A DNA stretch of 44,653 nt from a virus. The notes under the pieces were generated by a model. It made no database searches, was not told the DNA's origin, and saw only the letters and a list, made by a program, of their open reading frames with translations. A program made the position numbers and the translations under genes. The DNA lies in the IMG/VR virus record IMGVR_UViG_3300013179_000001; one strand, 5' to 3'. Positions 35,907-44,653 of the stretch are shown here, piece after piece; the stretch's first letter is position 1; every line of letters starts with the position of its first letter.

Positions 35907-36641
35907 TTGCTGAATGTGGTGTTGATTACCGCTCTGGGTGATAAGTGGCGACTGTCTGGCACGGACCGGGATTCGGAAGTCTTGTCTCCGTATGGGTCTT
36001 TGGTGGAGCTTCGGGCTAATGCGTCTCGGTCTGATTTGCCGGTCCCCGGTGGTGCTGGTGTGCTGCCGGGGGTGCGGCGTTTCGGCCCGATTTCTACAGA
36101 GCTCGAGTTCTATCTGAAGGCTCGTGATGGTGAGGACCTGGAAGACGTGCACCGGCGTCTCCGGCAGGGATGGGCGGCAGCGACGCCGGACAACCCTTGC
36201 GTCATCATTATCGAGTCGGATAATCCATTGTCGCCGTTGACGTTTGAGCTTGTGGTGGACGGTGTGTTGCCGGGTGTTGCGGTGGATATGCGGCGCCGGT
36301 CGGCGGAGACGTTGACGGTTCCGGTGGTGTGTTTTGATGGTGTGGCTAAATCTTCGGTGATGACCGGAAAAGAAACTGTCACAGTGACGAATTACGGTGA
36401 TGTTTCTGTATGGCCAAAAATCCGCCACGAGGGCGCTGGGGGAGTGGTAACTAACCCTTCTGGGGCGAAGTTCACTCTTCCTCGCGCCACGGAGGAAACC
36501 ATCATCGACTTAGACCCTCGTGTGCTCCGTCTGGAGGGCGCATTCCCTGAGAGCGTTCCTCCGGGCGCCACGGGGGTGTGGGTGTTGCCTGCGGGTGCGC
36601 AACTCGAGTGGACGCTCGGGTTTGCCGACCCGTGGAGCTAA
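35907..36641 (+). CDS. Distal tail protein (Dit-like) / minor tail protein
   Basis: Immediately follows tape measure; 244 aa; TTG start after GGAAGGAG RBS. Confidence 0.45.
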   Translation: MLNVVLITALGDKWRLSGTDRDSEVLSPYGSLVELRANASRSDLPVPGGAGVLPGVRRFGPISTELEFYLKARDGEDLEDVHRRLRQGWAAATPDNPCVIIIESDNPLSPLTFELVVDGVLPGVAVDMRRRSAETLTVPVVCFDGVAKSSVMTGKETVTVTNYGDVSVWPKIRHEGAGGVVTNPSGAKFTLPRATEETIIDLDPRVLRLEGAFPESVPPGATGVWVLPAGAQLEWTLGFADPWS

Positions 36642-36668
36642 ACCCCAAAAAGGGACCTTAAACAAATT

Positions 36669-36698
36669 GGAGGTGTGGTCCTGCCTCCCCTTTTTTAT
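36669..36698 (+). terminator. Putative intrinsic terminator inside tail operon (GGAGG...CCTCC + CCCTTTTTTAT)
   Basis: Short imperfect stem but uninterrupted T6 tract. Confidence 0.4.
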
Positions 36699-36720
36699 GA
36701 CTAACTGAATTTTGTGAGGT

Positions 36721-37698
36721 GTGAGCGTGGTTGATTGGGCATCGTGGAAAAAGACCGTCGACTACACCGTAAAAACCCAGGGCCGCTGGTATGGGATTGG
36801 TGACGCGGACGGCAATCCGCTGTTTACTTTGCCGATGCCGTCGGAGCCGGACACGCCAGACCAGTGGATGGACTCGGCTGACCTACAGGTTACGTTTCCG
36901 GCCCGTGAACCTGATGGAAGCGTGAGCCGCGCCGCGGAACTCCTAGTGATGGACGCGCTGGACAAGTTCGACCCGTCTGGCCGGCTGCCTACCGCCGAGG
37001 GGGACTACATGCTACTGGCAGCATTCCCCGGTCCTGGTGGGCAAGTAGTGCGCCGCGGCGGTGCAATTGTGCATACAACCGCAAACGATGAGGATAACGA
37101 TGGTATCCCGTCTGAAATCACAATCCACGCCCTGAATTGTATGGACGTGTGGCAAACCATCCCAGCGGTGTCGTGGCCGGTGTCCTGGTGGAAGGCCCGG
37201 CCCTACGAGGTCAAGACCGACGAGTCTGGGATAAAGTACAAGCAGCCGCGACACCTGGCGCGCGTGGAGATGGCCACCCGGTCGATGTTTACCTGGAAGA
37301 ATGGCCCGGCGGCGTTCGTGATCCGTCGACTGGCTCAGGAGTCGCTGGACGTGTCGATGGCGTCCCAGTCGGACCCGGACGGTCCCCGGTGGGTAGATGA
37401 TCCTTACCACGTGGTGGAACTTCCTGCGGTCGACAATTCGCCTGAGATTTCCCTGGAGGCCCGGGACGGGTTCCTGTGGGAGACGGTCTCGGAGCAGGCG
37501 GAGAACGCGGGCGTGATCCTTGGGGCTTATCTTTGGTGGCCAGGGGACCCGCCGGTCCGCTGCTGGTCCCAGGCCCGTTCGGACATGAACCCCCGGGACG
37601 TGGACATCACCCCGAGCGAGGGTGAGTCCGCGCGCCACCCGGTGAAGCTTGAGTTCCCCCACGCCATGGTGGTCATGACAGTGAAGGAGGTGGCCTAA
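36721..37698 (+). CDS. Minor tail protein
   Basis: 325 aa, gene order; GTG start. Confidence 0.5.
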   Translation: MSVVDWASWKKTVDYTVKTQGRWYGIGDADGNPLFTLPMPSEPDTPDQWMDSADLQVTFPAREPDGSVSRAAELLVMDALDKFDPSGRLPTAEGDYMLLAAFPGPGGQVVRRGGAIVHTTANDEDNDGIPSEITIHALNCMDVWQTIPAVSWPVSWWKARPYEVKTDESGIKYKQPRHLARVEMATRSMFTWKNGPAAFVIRRLAQESLDVSMASQSDPDGPRWVDDPYHVVELPAVDNSPEISLEARDGFLWETVSEQAENAGVILGAYLWWPGDPPVRCWSQARSDMNPRDVDITPSEGESARHPVKLEFPHAMVVMTVKEVA

Positions 37699-39014
37699 TG
37701 CCTACGCCTTATTTGATTGCTGACGCGGCCCAGGTGACCGTCCTGCGGTCCTTGGCCTCCACGGCCTTCGGTAGATACGATTTGAAACCGCCGGAAGGCG
37801 TGGATGTGGAGGAAATCTACCCCCCTTCCGCTCCGGACAACGAGGTGGCCTACGTGTCCGCGCTGAACCCCAAGCGGCGGGTGGGTGGCATGTTCCGCCG
37901 GTTCGTTCGCGCGGATGTGAAGATTCAGGCCCCGGACGACGAGGAGGACTCCGCCCGCAGTAACGTCGAGGAGGTCCTGGACGAGGTGGCCAACCGCACT
38001 TCCGGGGACTTCTTCCTGGAGTCGGACATCAGCCAAGCGGGGCTGGGTCCCTGGGTCCCGTTCGTGGACTTCACCGTGGGTGATATGGCCAACGTGGAGA
38101 TTTGGGGGCGCGTGGTCCGGCTACCGGTGGTCCGGATTAACCCCAAGGACTGGTCCGTGCACGTGGGTGGCCAGATCATCTCGGACCGAGACGCGCTGCT
38201 GGCTCAGAACGCCGAGATTCACGACGCCCTAATCGACGACCAGCGAGACCTAGCGGGGTTAGACCGCCGGGTGCGTTCCGAGTCCTCCGCGCGCCGCCGT
38301 GCAGACACCCGGATCACTGGACAACTGGGGGAGCTTCGACAGGAGTTCCTGGACTACAGTGAGGAGACCACGCGCCGCCTCAAGGAGCAGTCCGGCCGGA
38401 TTGACGACGCGTCGAACTCGGTGGACCAGGCCACGCGCGACGTGGTCAAGTTCTGGTCCCCGGAGAACCAGAACAAGTTCAACCAGACGGTTCAGTTGTT
38501 CACCGCTGCCACGCGTGGCTATGTGGATGTCAACGACATTAAATGGACTACGCAGGACGAGTGGAACCGGCGGATGCAGGAGCAGTCGGACTTGCAACAG
38601 CAGCAGATGAACCTGCAGCAGGAGTACGCCCGCGTAACGCGTCAACTGGCGGAGGCGAACCAGCGGGCCTCGGACGCGAACGCTCGTGCCCTGCGGGTCG
38701 AGAAGGAGTACCGCCGCCGGTTGCCGCGCCTGGTGTTCGCCAAGTTCTCCGACTACAAGAACATGTACCGCGACTCGGAGAACTTCGTGCGCCTGGAGGC
38801 GTACGGACCGGGCGACCGTGGGTTCAAGATCACTGCCCTGGGCAGCTGGACCGGGGACATGGTGGTGCGCGCCACCGCTATCGGTCCGCTGTCCGCGAAC
38901 TCTATCGACTCGGTCCGAGCGCGCGTGACCAGTGGCAGCCGCGTGTTTAACGGCGTACCTGAGGCGGCCCAGATGTCGTACAACACGCTAGACATCACCA
39001 TTTATCCAGACTAG
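37698..39014 (+). CDS. Minor tail protein with central coiled coil
   Basis: 438 aa; strong RBS GTGAAGGAGGTGGCC; Q-rich coiled-coil segment. Confidence 0.5.
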   Translation: MPTPYLIADAAQVTVLRSLASTAFGRYDLKPPEGVDVEEIYPPSAPDNEVAYVSALNPKRRVGGMFRRFVRADVKIQAPDDEEDSARSNVEEVLDEVANRTSGDFFLESDISQAGLGPWVPFVDFTVGDMANVEIWGRVVRLPVVRINPKDWSVHVGGQIISDRDALLAQNAEIHDALIDDQRDLAGLDRRVRSESSARRRADTRITGQLGELRQEFLDYSEETTRRLKEQSGRIDDASNSVDQATRDVVKFWSPENQNKFNQTVQLFTAATRGYVDVNDIKWTTQDEWNRRMQEQSDLQQQQMNLQQEYARVTRQLAEANQRASDANARALRVEKEYRRRLPRLVFAKFSDYKNMYRDSENFVRLEAYGPGDRGFKITALGSWTGDMVVRATAIGPLSANSIDSVRARVTSGSRVFNGVPEAAQMSYNTLDITIYPD

Positions 39015-39022
39015 GAGGACTA

Positions 39023-40462
39023 ATGCCAACGATCAGTGGTGAATTAAACTTCGTGTCGTCCAGGGCGGCGCACGTCAACGAGATATGGGTCCGCGCGCCC
39101 CACGTGCGCACCAGCACCGGGGGAGTGGTGGTCACCCAGAACGACCGGTTCCCGGTGAAGGACGGGAAGGTGGAGTTTACCTGCCTGGCTGGACCGGCGA
39201 TTCTTTCCCTGGTGTCGGACGGCCGGGCCGTAGACACCGTCCCAATAGTGGTGGGGGAGTCCAGTTCCCAGGCTTTGCGCCAGGTGGTGGCTGCTGCCCA
39301 GGTGGCGGACGAGGCCACACAGAGCGAGATTGAGAAGCTGGCGGCCCAGGCCGTCCACCTGATCGACACGTCCGTGGAGTCTGCCACCCGGGCCGAGTCC
39401 GCGCGAGACCGGGCGGAGACGGCGGCTAGTGGTGCCTCCCAGTCCGCGAAGAAGTCCGCCGAGTCTGCAGACAAGTCGGGCAAGTCCGCGAAGTCCTCGT
39501 CTGACTCTGCCTCGGCTGCGTCGAAGTCCGCGGGCGACGCCTCGTCGTCCGCTACCGCGGCCAAGACCGCCGAGACTAAAGCGAGTTCCCAGGCCTCGGC
39601 GGCCGCCAAGTCTGCCACTGCTGCGAAGAAGGACGCGGACCGCGCGGCCGGGGTGGCGGACTCCACCAGCTGGAAGGGCGACCAGCTCACCGTCAACGGG
39701 AAGACCAGCCCGCACCTGACCGGCCCGAAGGGCGACCGTGGCCCGGCGGGCGAAAGTGGTAAGTGGTCGGACCTCACTAACGTCCCCAAGAAGTTCCCGC
39801 CCGAGGACCACAAACATCAGATGGCTGATATTTCGGACATGCCTGAAGTTTCCGCCAACGCTAAAAGTGGAGCCATCGTCAAACGGTGGTTCTCGGGGCA
39901 AATTACTGTCCCAGAAGTTCCAGATAATGATACGGTAGCCGTTTCAAAGAAGTACGTGGACACCACCGCGTTCCCGCTGGCCATCCAGTCAATTCCCGGG
40001 TCTAAGGACCTAGACACCTACACGACCACGGGCGTTTATCACCAGAGTCTGGACAAGGACGCGCGGTCTGGAACTAACTACCCGCCTGACGCGGGGGCTG
40101 GCCTCCTTGAGGTGTTCAACCCGGACGGCGGGATGACCTATCAGCGCTACACCCGGTACGGTAACAACAACCGAGTGTGGACACGTGGCCTATATAACGG
40201 TAGTTGGTCGCCGTGGAAAATGAGTGCTCAGGACGGACACAAGCACACCGTCTCCGAGATTAGCGACCTCCCGAAGATTGACAAGAACGTGTCGGGCGAC
40301 TCTCTGGTTCAGCGCTACGGTAACGGGGCCATCCTGGTGTCGGACCCGCCACCCACGTCCACGTCCGCGACCTCCAAGTCGTACGTGGACGCGCGGATTC
40401 AGCTGGTCTCCTCGTTACCGTCCAAACCAGATTCAGACGTCCTCTACGTGATTGCGGAGTAG
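39023..40462 (+). CDS. Tail fibre / receptor-binding protein
   Basis: Ser/Ala/Lys-rich stalk, collagen-like GPKGDRGPAGESG, repeated HKH-x-S/A-D/E-ISD motifs, C-terminal knob. Confidence 0.65.
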   Translation: MPTISGELNFVSSRAAHVNEIWVRAPHVRTSTGGVVVTQNDRFPVKDGKVEFTCLAGPAILSLVSDGRAVDTVPIVVGESSSQALRQVVAAAQVADEATQSEIEKLAAQAVHLIDTSVESATRAESARDRAETAASGASQSAKKSAESADKSGKSAKSSSDSASAASKSAGDASSSATAAKTAETKASSQASAAAKSATAAKKDADRAAGVADSTSWKGDQLTVNGKTSPHLTGPKGDRGPAGESGKWSDLTNVPKKFPPEDHKHQMADISDMPEVSANAKSGAIVKRWFSGQITVPEVPDNDTVAVSKKYVDTTAFPLAIQSIPGSKDLDTYTTTGVYHQSLDKDARSGTNYPPDAGAGLLEVFNPDGGMTYQRYTRYGNNNRVWTRGLYNGSWSPWKMSAQDGHKHTVSEISDLPKIDKNVSGDSLVQRYGNGAILVSDPPPTSTSATSKSYVDARIQLVSSLPSKPDSDVLYVIAE

Positions 40463-40464
40463 TC

Positions 40465-41181
40465 ATGCCAGTTCACTTTGGAGGCCGCAAAATCAAGGAG
40501 CTGTACTTGGGCGGCCGCAAGATTAAAGAAGCCTGGTACGGCGGCAAGAAGGTCTACTCGCTAGCCCCAGCGGTCAAGCCGGGGGTTTACCCCTGGCACG
40601 ACAAGCAGGAGTACCGCCGGGGCGACCTGGTCTATATCCAAGGCATCGTTTATAAGTGCATCCAGGACCACCAGGCGGACCGTGGCACCAGCAAGCCGGG
40701 TGAAGGCTGGGACCAGTACTCCTACTGGACTCAGGTTGGGTACGTCTCCGAGCGCGACGACATCAGGCACGACCCCTGGGATAGTTCTAAGTACTATTAC
40801 TCCGGGGACATAGTCTCAGTGATGTTTAACGGCGAAGAACGAGACTTTGAGTGTACCCAGAGACATAAGGCGGGCATCAGCAACGAGCCGGGCAGTTCAG
40901 GTGGCTACCAGTATTGGAAACTGCTTCCTAAGTCTGGTGACACCGGCGGGTCCACCCCTGAACCTAGCCAGCCCAGCCAGCCCACGGAACCACCAACGTC
41001 GTCTGTTTCCGCCTGGCGCACTGGAGTTAACTATAAGAAGGGCGACCTAGTGACTGTTGATGTTTACGGTGACGTCTACAGGTACACAGCCCTGGTGGAC
41101 CATTACTCTATGACGGACAACAAGCCCTTTTATGGGTCCGTGGAAAACATCTACTGGGGTAACCCCACTAAGGTTAATTAA
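40465..41181 (+). CDS. Minor tail protein with three CBM5/12-like carbohydrate-binding repeats
   Basis: Three W-x-G/Y-x-K-GD-V-Y repeats with spaced aromatic residues; N-terminal GGRKIKE duplication. Confidence 0.55.
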   Translation: MPVHFGGRKIKELYLGGRKIKEAWYGGKKVYSLAPAVKPGVYPWHDKQEYRRGDLVYIQGIVYKCIQDHQADRGTSKPGEGWDQYSYWTQVGYVSERDDIRHDPWDSSKYYYSGDIVSVMFNGEERDFECTQRHKAGISNEPGSSGGYQYWKLLPKSGDTGGSTPEPSQPSQPTEPPTSSVSAWRTGVNYKKGDLVTVDVYGDVYRYTALVDHYSMTDNKPFYGSVENIYWGNPTKVN

Positions 41182-41190
41182 GGAGGAACT

Positions 41191-42588
41191 ATGGTCACTT
41201 ACCCAATGAAGCCTGGGACCTACCAGGTCTCTAGTGGCTACGGCCCCCGTTGGGGCACGTTCCACGCGGGGCTAGACTTCGCCGCGCCAATCGGCACGCC
41301 AATCTACGCGGCCGCGGATGGAGTGGTGGTCGAGGGACGAGAGCGCTATAACGTCTCTGGCTTCGGCTCCTGGATATGGTTGGACTGCCAACAGTCCGCG
41401 GGACGAGACTTCATCTATGGCCACGTGAAGCATGACGACATCCAGGTGAAGGCGGGCGACCGAGTCCGCGCGGGCCAACAGATTGGCGTAGTCGGCAACG
41501 AGGGCGAGTCCACCGGCCCCCACCTCCACCTTGAGGTGTGGGGCGCGCCCGGAAGGCTCGGAGGAGCGCACGAGGACCCGGCCCGCTACCTGAGCCGGGC
41601 CACCACTCCTCAGGGCGCGGGAGATACCACCGAGCGCCGCGGAGACACTATCTTCGGCATCGACATCAGCGAACACAACAACGGCCTAAGCTGCGTTCAG
41701 GCCAAGCAGTCCGGAGTGGAGTTCGCCATCATCCGACTGTGCGACGGCACCTACGTCGACCCGGTATTTCACTCGCACCTGGAGGACGCCGAGCAGGCCG
41801 GGCTGCTGGTGGCGACCTACTGGTACCTTCGCGCCCCCTCGGAGGGCACCACCATAGCCCAGCAAGTGGATGTGGTAGACCGCCAGATGGGCGGACGCCG
41901 AGACCTGCCGGTGTGGATTGACGTCGAGAGCATCGACGAGCGGTTCCCGCCGGGCGACCCGCGCCACTATCTGCTGCGCGGCGAGGACGTTTGGGAAGCC
42001 AAACGAGAACTTGAGCGGCGTGGATACCGTGTCCCCGGCGTGTATTCCGGCGCGTGGTACTGGGAGCACATGCCGGGCGGCGAGCCGTCCATGCAGGGAC
42101 TCGGCGCACTCTGGTGCTCCAACTACGGGGACAATAACGGGGTTGGTCAGCCGCGTGCCTTGTACGCGAGCGAGGGCGGCGACCACCACCCCGGCTGGGA
42201 CTACCCGCTGGGTGACCGGAAACCAGACCTTTTGCAGTTCGGGTCGCGTGGCACCGTCGCGGGCCACCCCAACGTGGACATCAATGCCTACCGGGGCAGC
42301 AAGGCGCAACTACAGGCATTATTCACCGGGAAACCAGCACCTAATGAGGAACCATCGGAGGAAGAAATGAACAAGCTCTACAGGCAGATTACGACATTCA
42401 TCAGCGGCTACCTTGGCCCGCAGATTGACGCTATCCAAGAAATCTGGAAACAACTAAGGGGGCCATCGGGCAACGGCTGGGAGCAACTAGGGCAGAACAG
42501 CAAGGGGCAGAATCTCACCCTCGTGGACGCAGTAGCCGCAATCCGCCAAGACCTTGCCCGCATCGAGAAGAAGCTGGAGGAACGCTAA
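41191..42588 (+). CDS. Modular endolysin: M23 peptidase + GH25 muramidase + C-terminal domain
   Basis: M23: FHAGLDFAAPIGTPIYAAADG...GPHLHLEV; GH25: IFGIDISEHNNG...IIRLCDGTY; RBS TAAGGAGGAACT. Confidence 0.85.
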   Translation: MVTYPMKPGTYQVSSGYGPRWGTFHAGLDFAAPIGTPIYAAADGVVVEGRERYNVSGFGSWIWLDCQQSAGRDFIYGHVKHDDIQVKAGDRVRAGQQIGVVGNEGESTGPHLHLEVWGAPGRLGGAHEDPARYLSRATTPQGAGDTTERRGDTIFGIDISEHNNGLSCVQAKQSGVEFAIIRLCDGTYVDPVFHSHLEDAEQAGLLVATYWYLRAPSEGTTIAQQVDVVDRQMGGRRDLPVWIDVESIDERFPPGDPRHYLLRGEDVWEAKRELERRGYRVPGVYSGAWYWEHMPGGEPSMQGLGALWCSNYGDNNGVGQPRALYASEGGDHHPGWDYPLGDRKPDLLQFGSRGTVAGHPNVDINAYRGSKAQLQALFTGKPAPNEEPSEEEMNKLYRQITTFISGYLGPQIDAIQEIWKQLRGPSGNGWEQLGQNSKGQNLTLVDAVAAIRQDLARIEKKLEER

Positions 42589-42917
42589 TGGCCAAGCATC
42601 ACACCAATCCCGCACCAAAGCCCCGCGCCGTCATCGGCACCCCATGGTGGATACGCCTAGCCGTGTACGTCGTGGTCGCCGCCGTAGGCCTGGCCCTCGT
42701 CGCCTTCGGCATCGTCAGCCCTGACGAAGTAGACGGTTGGCTTGGCCAAACCGGCGGATTAGCCGCACTCATTGGTGGTTTCCTCGCCGCGGTGAATACG
42801 GGCCGTGAATCCGATGAAGCCCCCGTAGGCGTAGTCATCGAGCAGCCCGCCACACCAGAGCCGGAGGATGCGCCCACCCTGCCGGTCTACACCGGGCCAA
42901 CCACAGCAGGGGAGTAG
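42588..42917 (+). CDS. Holin-like membrane protein (2 TM)
   Basis: Two hydrophobic helices; directly downstream of endolysin; coupled start. Confidence 0.5.
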   Translation: MAKHHTNPAPKPRAVIGTPWWIRLAVYVVVAAVGLALVAFGIVSPDEVDGWLGQTGGLAALIGGFLAAVNTGRESDEAPVGVVIEQPATPEPEDAPTLPVYTGPTTAGE

Positions 42918-42919
42918 TC

Positions 42920-43348
42920 GTGAGATGGGAAGAATGTAAACGCCGTCTCGCTCGGTGGATGGTGTCAGATGCTGCGGGCCTGCTAATTCTCGGCAGTATT
43001 TCTATAGCCCGCGGCATGTCCTATACACCTCTGCTAGTAGACCCGGAGCGTAAGCCTACGCACTTTATGGAGAGTGTTCTTAACCCTCCCTCGTGGGCTG
43101 TGGTGTGGCTTCTCATGGGCGCGCTCTGTCTTTGTGCAGTTAAGTGGCACAGGTTTGTCCCCGCCGCCGTTGGTGCTGTTGTGGGCCTGCATTCCATGTG
43201 GGCGCTCAGCTTCATTTTCGCTACGATTCTCGGCGACCTGGGCCGCGCTTGGGTGTCCTCCCTTGGCTATATCGGCATCGCCGCCATGACCCTCTACGCC
43301 TACGGACGGGGGCAGAGTAATGAGATGAAGCTGGTCGATGGGAGGTGA
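42920..43348 (+). CDS. Membrane protein (4 predicted TM), holin-like
   Basis: Hydrophobic segments; GTG start with GGGGAG RBS. Confidence 0.45.
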   Translation: MRWEECKRRLARWMVSDAAGLLILGSISIARGMSYTPLLVDPERKPTHFMESVLNPPSWAVVWLLMGALCLCAVKWHRFVPAAVGAVVGLHSMWALSFIFATILGDLGRAWVSSLGYIGIAAMTLYAYGRGQSNEMKLVDGR

Positions 43349-43710
43349 CGGGCATGCCCGTAGACGGGCCGCTGGCAACCATCATCGTCGGTGTGATTGG
43401 CGTGCTCGGCACCCTCATAGGTACTCACCTGACGGAGAAAAGCCAGAAGAGAAAGACGGAAATCGAGGCCCGAGGGCCCGAGTGGGAATCGTTTACTAAA
43501 AGCATTCGTGAGTGGACGAATGAGCAGCTGGAAGCCCGCGACAAATCGATTGCGGAGATGCGGGGCGAAATTGCGGAGCTACGCGACAAGCTGGAGGTCT
43601 GGAAAAGCCGGTATTTTATAGCGGTGAATCATATTAGGCAGTGGCGACTGAAGCACCCGGAGAGCGTGGCTGATATGCCTATTCCTGACGAGCTGGAAAA
43701 CGACTTTTGA
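43345..43710 (+). CDS. Membrane-anchored coiled-coil protein (N-terminal TM + helical C-terminus)
   Basis: ATIIVGVIGVLGTLIGTHL TM then charged helical region; last gene of lysis cassette. Confidence 0.5.
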   Translation: MTGMPVDGPLATIIVGVIGVLGTLIGTHLTEKSQKRKTEIEARGPEWESFTKSIREWTNEQLEARDKSIAEMRGEIAELRDKLEVWKSRYFIAVNHIRQWRLKHPESVADMPIPDELENDF

Positions 43711-43734
43711 AAGTCTTTGAAGTTTAGGAAGTTT

Positions 43735-43772
43735 GACCCTCACCCCTCGTGGGTGGGGGTCTTTTCGTCGTT

Positions 43773-43774
<2 letters not shown>
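43735..43774 (+). terminator. Rho-independent terminator of late operon (11-bp stem, loop CTCGT, TTTTCGTCGTTTT)
   Basis: GACCCTCACCC / GGGTGGGGGTC read directly; tail identical to 17951-17963. Confidence 0.65.
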
Positions 43775-44359
<585 letters not shown>

Positions 44360-44367
44360 CTAACACC

Positions 44368-44396
44368 ATTATATGCCGTAGTTTACGACATTGCAA
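44368..44396 (-). promoter_or_regulatory. Near-consensus sigma70 promoter on minus strand (TTGCAA -17 nt- TATAAT) for accessory cassette
   Basis: Reverse complement of 44368-44396 reads TTGCAA tgtcgtaaactacggca TATAAT. Confidence 0.55.
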
Positions 44397-44410
44397 TTTG
44401 TGGGGATTGC

Positions 44411-44443
44411 GTCCCGCGATCCCGCAAAAATCCCGCAATTCGC
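44411..44443. repeat. Direct repeats of (A)TCCCGC(A) motif (3 copies) - candidate integrase arm-type sites; 2 further copies at 79-99 (=44625-44645)
   Basis: gTCCCGCgATCCCGCAaaaATCCCGCAatt and cgaaATCCCGCAcaaATCCCGCAcc read directly; same orientation, flanking ~180 bp. Confidence 0.4.
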
Positions 44444-44491
44444 TTTGTAACCCCCGTAATTACCGGAATTGTTGGAAGTATCGAAACCCTA

Positions 44492-44522
44492 TGACCTGCG
44501 TTGATAAGTAAACCGCAGGTCA
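44492..44522. repeat. Inverted repeat hairpin TGACCTGCG-n13-CGCAGGTCA between arm-type repeat clusters, ~45 nt downstream of int stop
   Basis: 9-bp perfect inverted repeat read directly. Confidence 0.5.
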
Positions 44523-44546
44523 GTCTTAGGGCCCAATAACTAGCAG

Positions 44547-44653
44547 TCGTAGTACGCCCACAACCCACTAAATACCCCCTCGACCAGCACGAACACTGTC
44601 TCTAGACCCCTCATCATCGCCCGAAATCCCGCACAAATCCCGCACCTGCGGCA
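44547..44653. repeat. Window-terminal direct repeat, copy 2 (identical to 1-107)
   Basis: Same as copy 1; includes 3' end of integrase coding sequence, arguing for genome wrap-around rather than attL/attR. Confidence 0.9.

Overview
This window is one complete, circularly closed temperate siphovirus-like phage genome from a high-GC Gram-positive (actinobacterial, Corynebacterium-like) host. Bases 1-107 are identical to 44547-44653, so the genome unit is about 44,546 bp. No database search was possible; every protein call rests on motif recognition in the supplied translations, RBS and start-codon context, and gene order.

Layout:
- **Lysogeny module (minus strand, 22-2740):** tyrosine integrase, a PH-like/SHOCT protein, an ImmA-type HEXXH metallopeptidase and an XRE repressor.
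- **Switch region (2741-2899):** divergent promoters with a CGTAATTACG palindrome overlapping the early promoter.
- **First early operon (2900-4158):** Cro-like HTH, Bro-N/KilA-C antirepressor and a small ORF. It is followed by about 450 nt of structured non-coding RNA that contains a tRNA 3'-half mimic and ends in a strong intrinsic terminator.
- **Long early operon (4693-17534):** Xis-like HTH, a YqaJ-exonuclease/RecT recombination pair, SSB, dUTPase, an orphan DNA methyltransferase, an HNH endonuclease, a replication-initiator-like gene with internal iteron-like tandem repeats, two RusA-like paralogues, and a run of translationally coupled small ORFs that includes three tandem paralogues.
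- **Moron (17547-17963):** AT-rich, with its own promoter and terminator.
- **Late operon (18105-43710):** HNH, small and large terminase, portal, ClpP-type protease/scaffold fusion, major capsid, connectors, major tail protein, chaperones, a 2442-aa tape measure protein, Dit-like and minor tail proteins, tail fibre, a CBM5/12-repeat protein, an M23+GH25 endolysin and holin-like proteins. The tape measure protein carries W-rich tandem repeats, a LAS/M15-like zinc-peptidase motif, an SLT lytic-transglycosylase motif and a roughly 650-aa coiled-coil tail.
- **Accessory cassette (43773-44396, minus strand):** sits between the lysis genes and int, has a near-consensus sigma70 promoter, and encodes a small protein with a probable non-AUG (CUG) start, coupled by ATGA to an XRE-HTH protein.

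The region that completes the circle (44411-44653 plus 1-107) carries directly repeated ATCCCGCA motifs flanking a 9-bp-stem hairpin and is a candidate attP.
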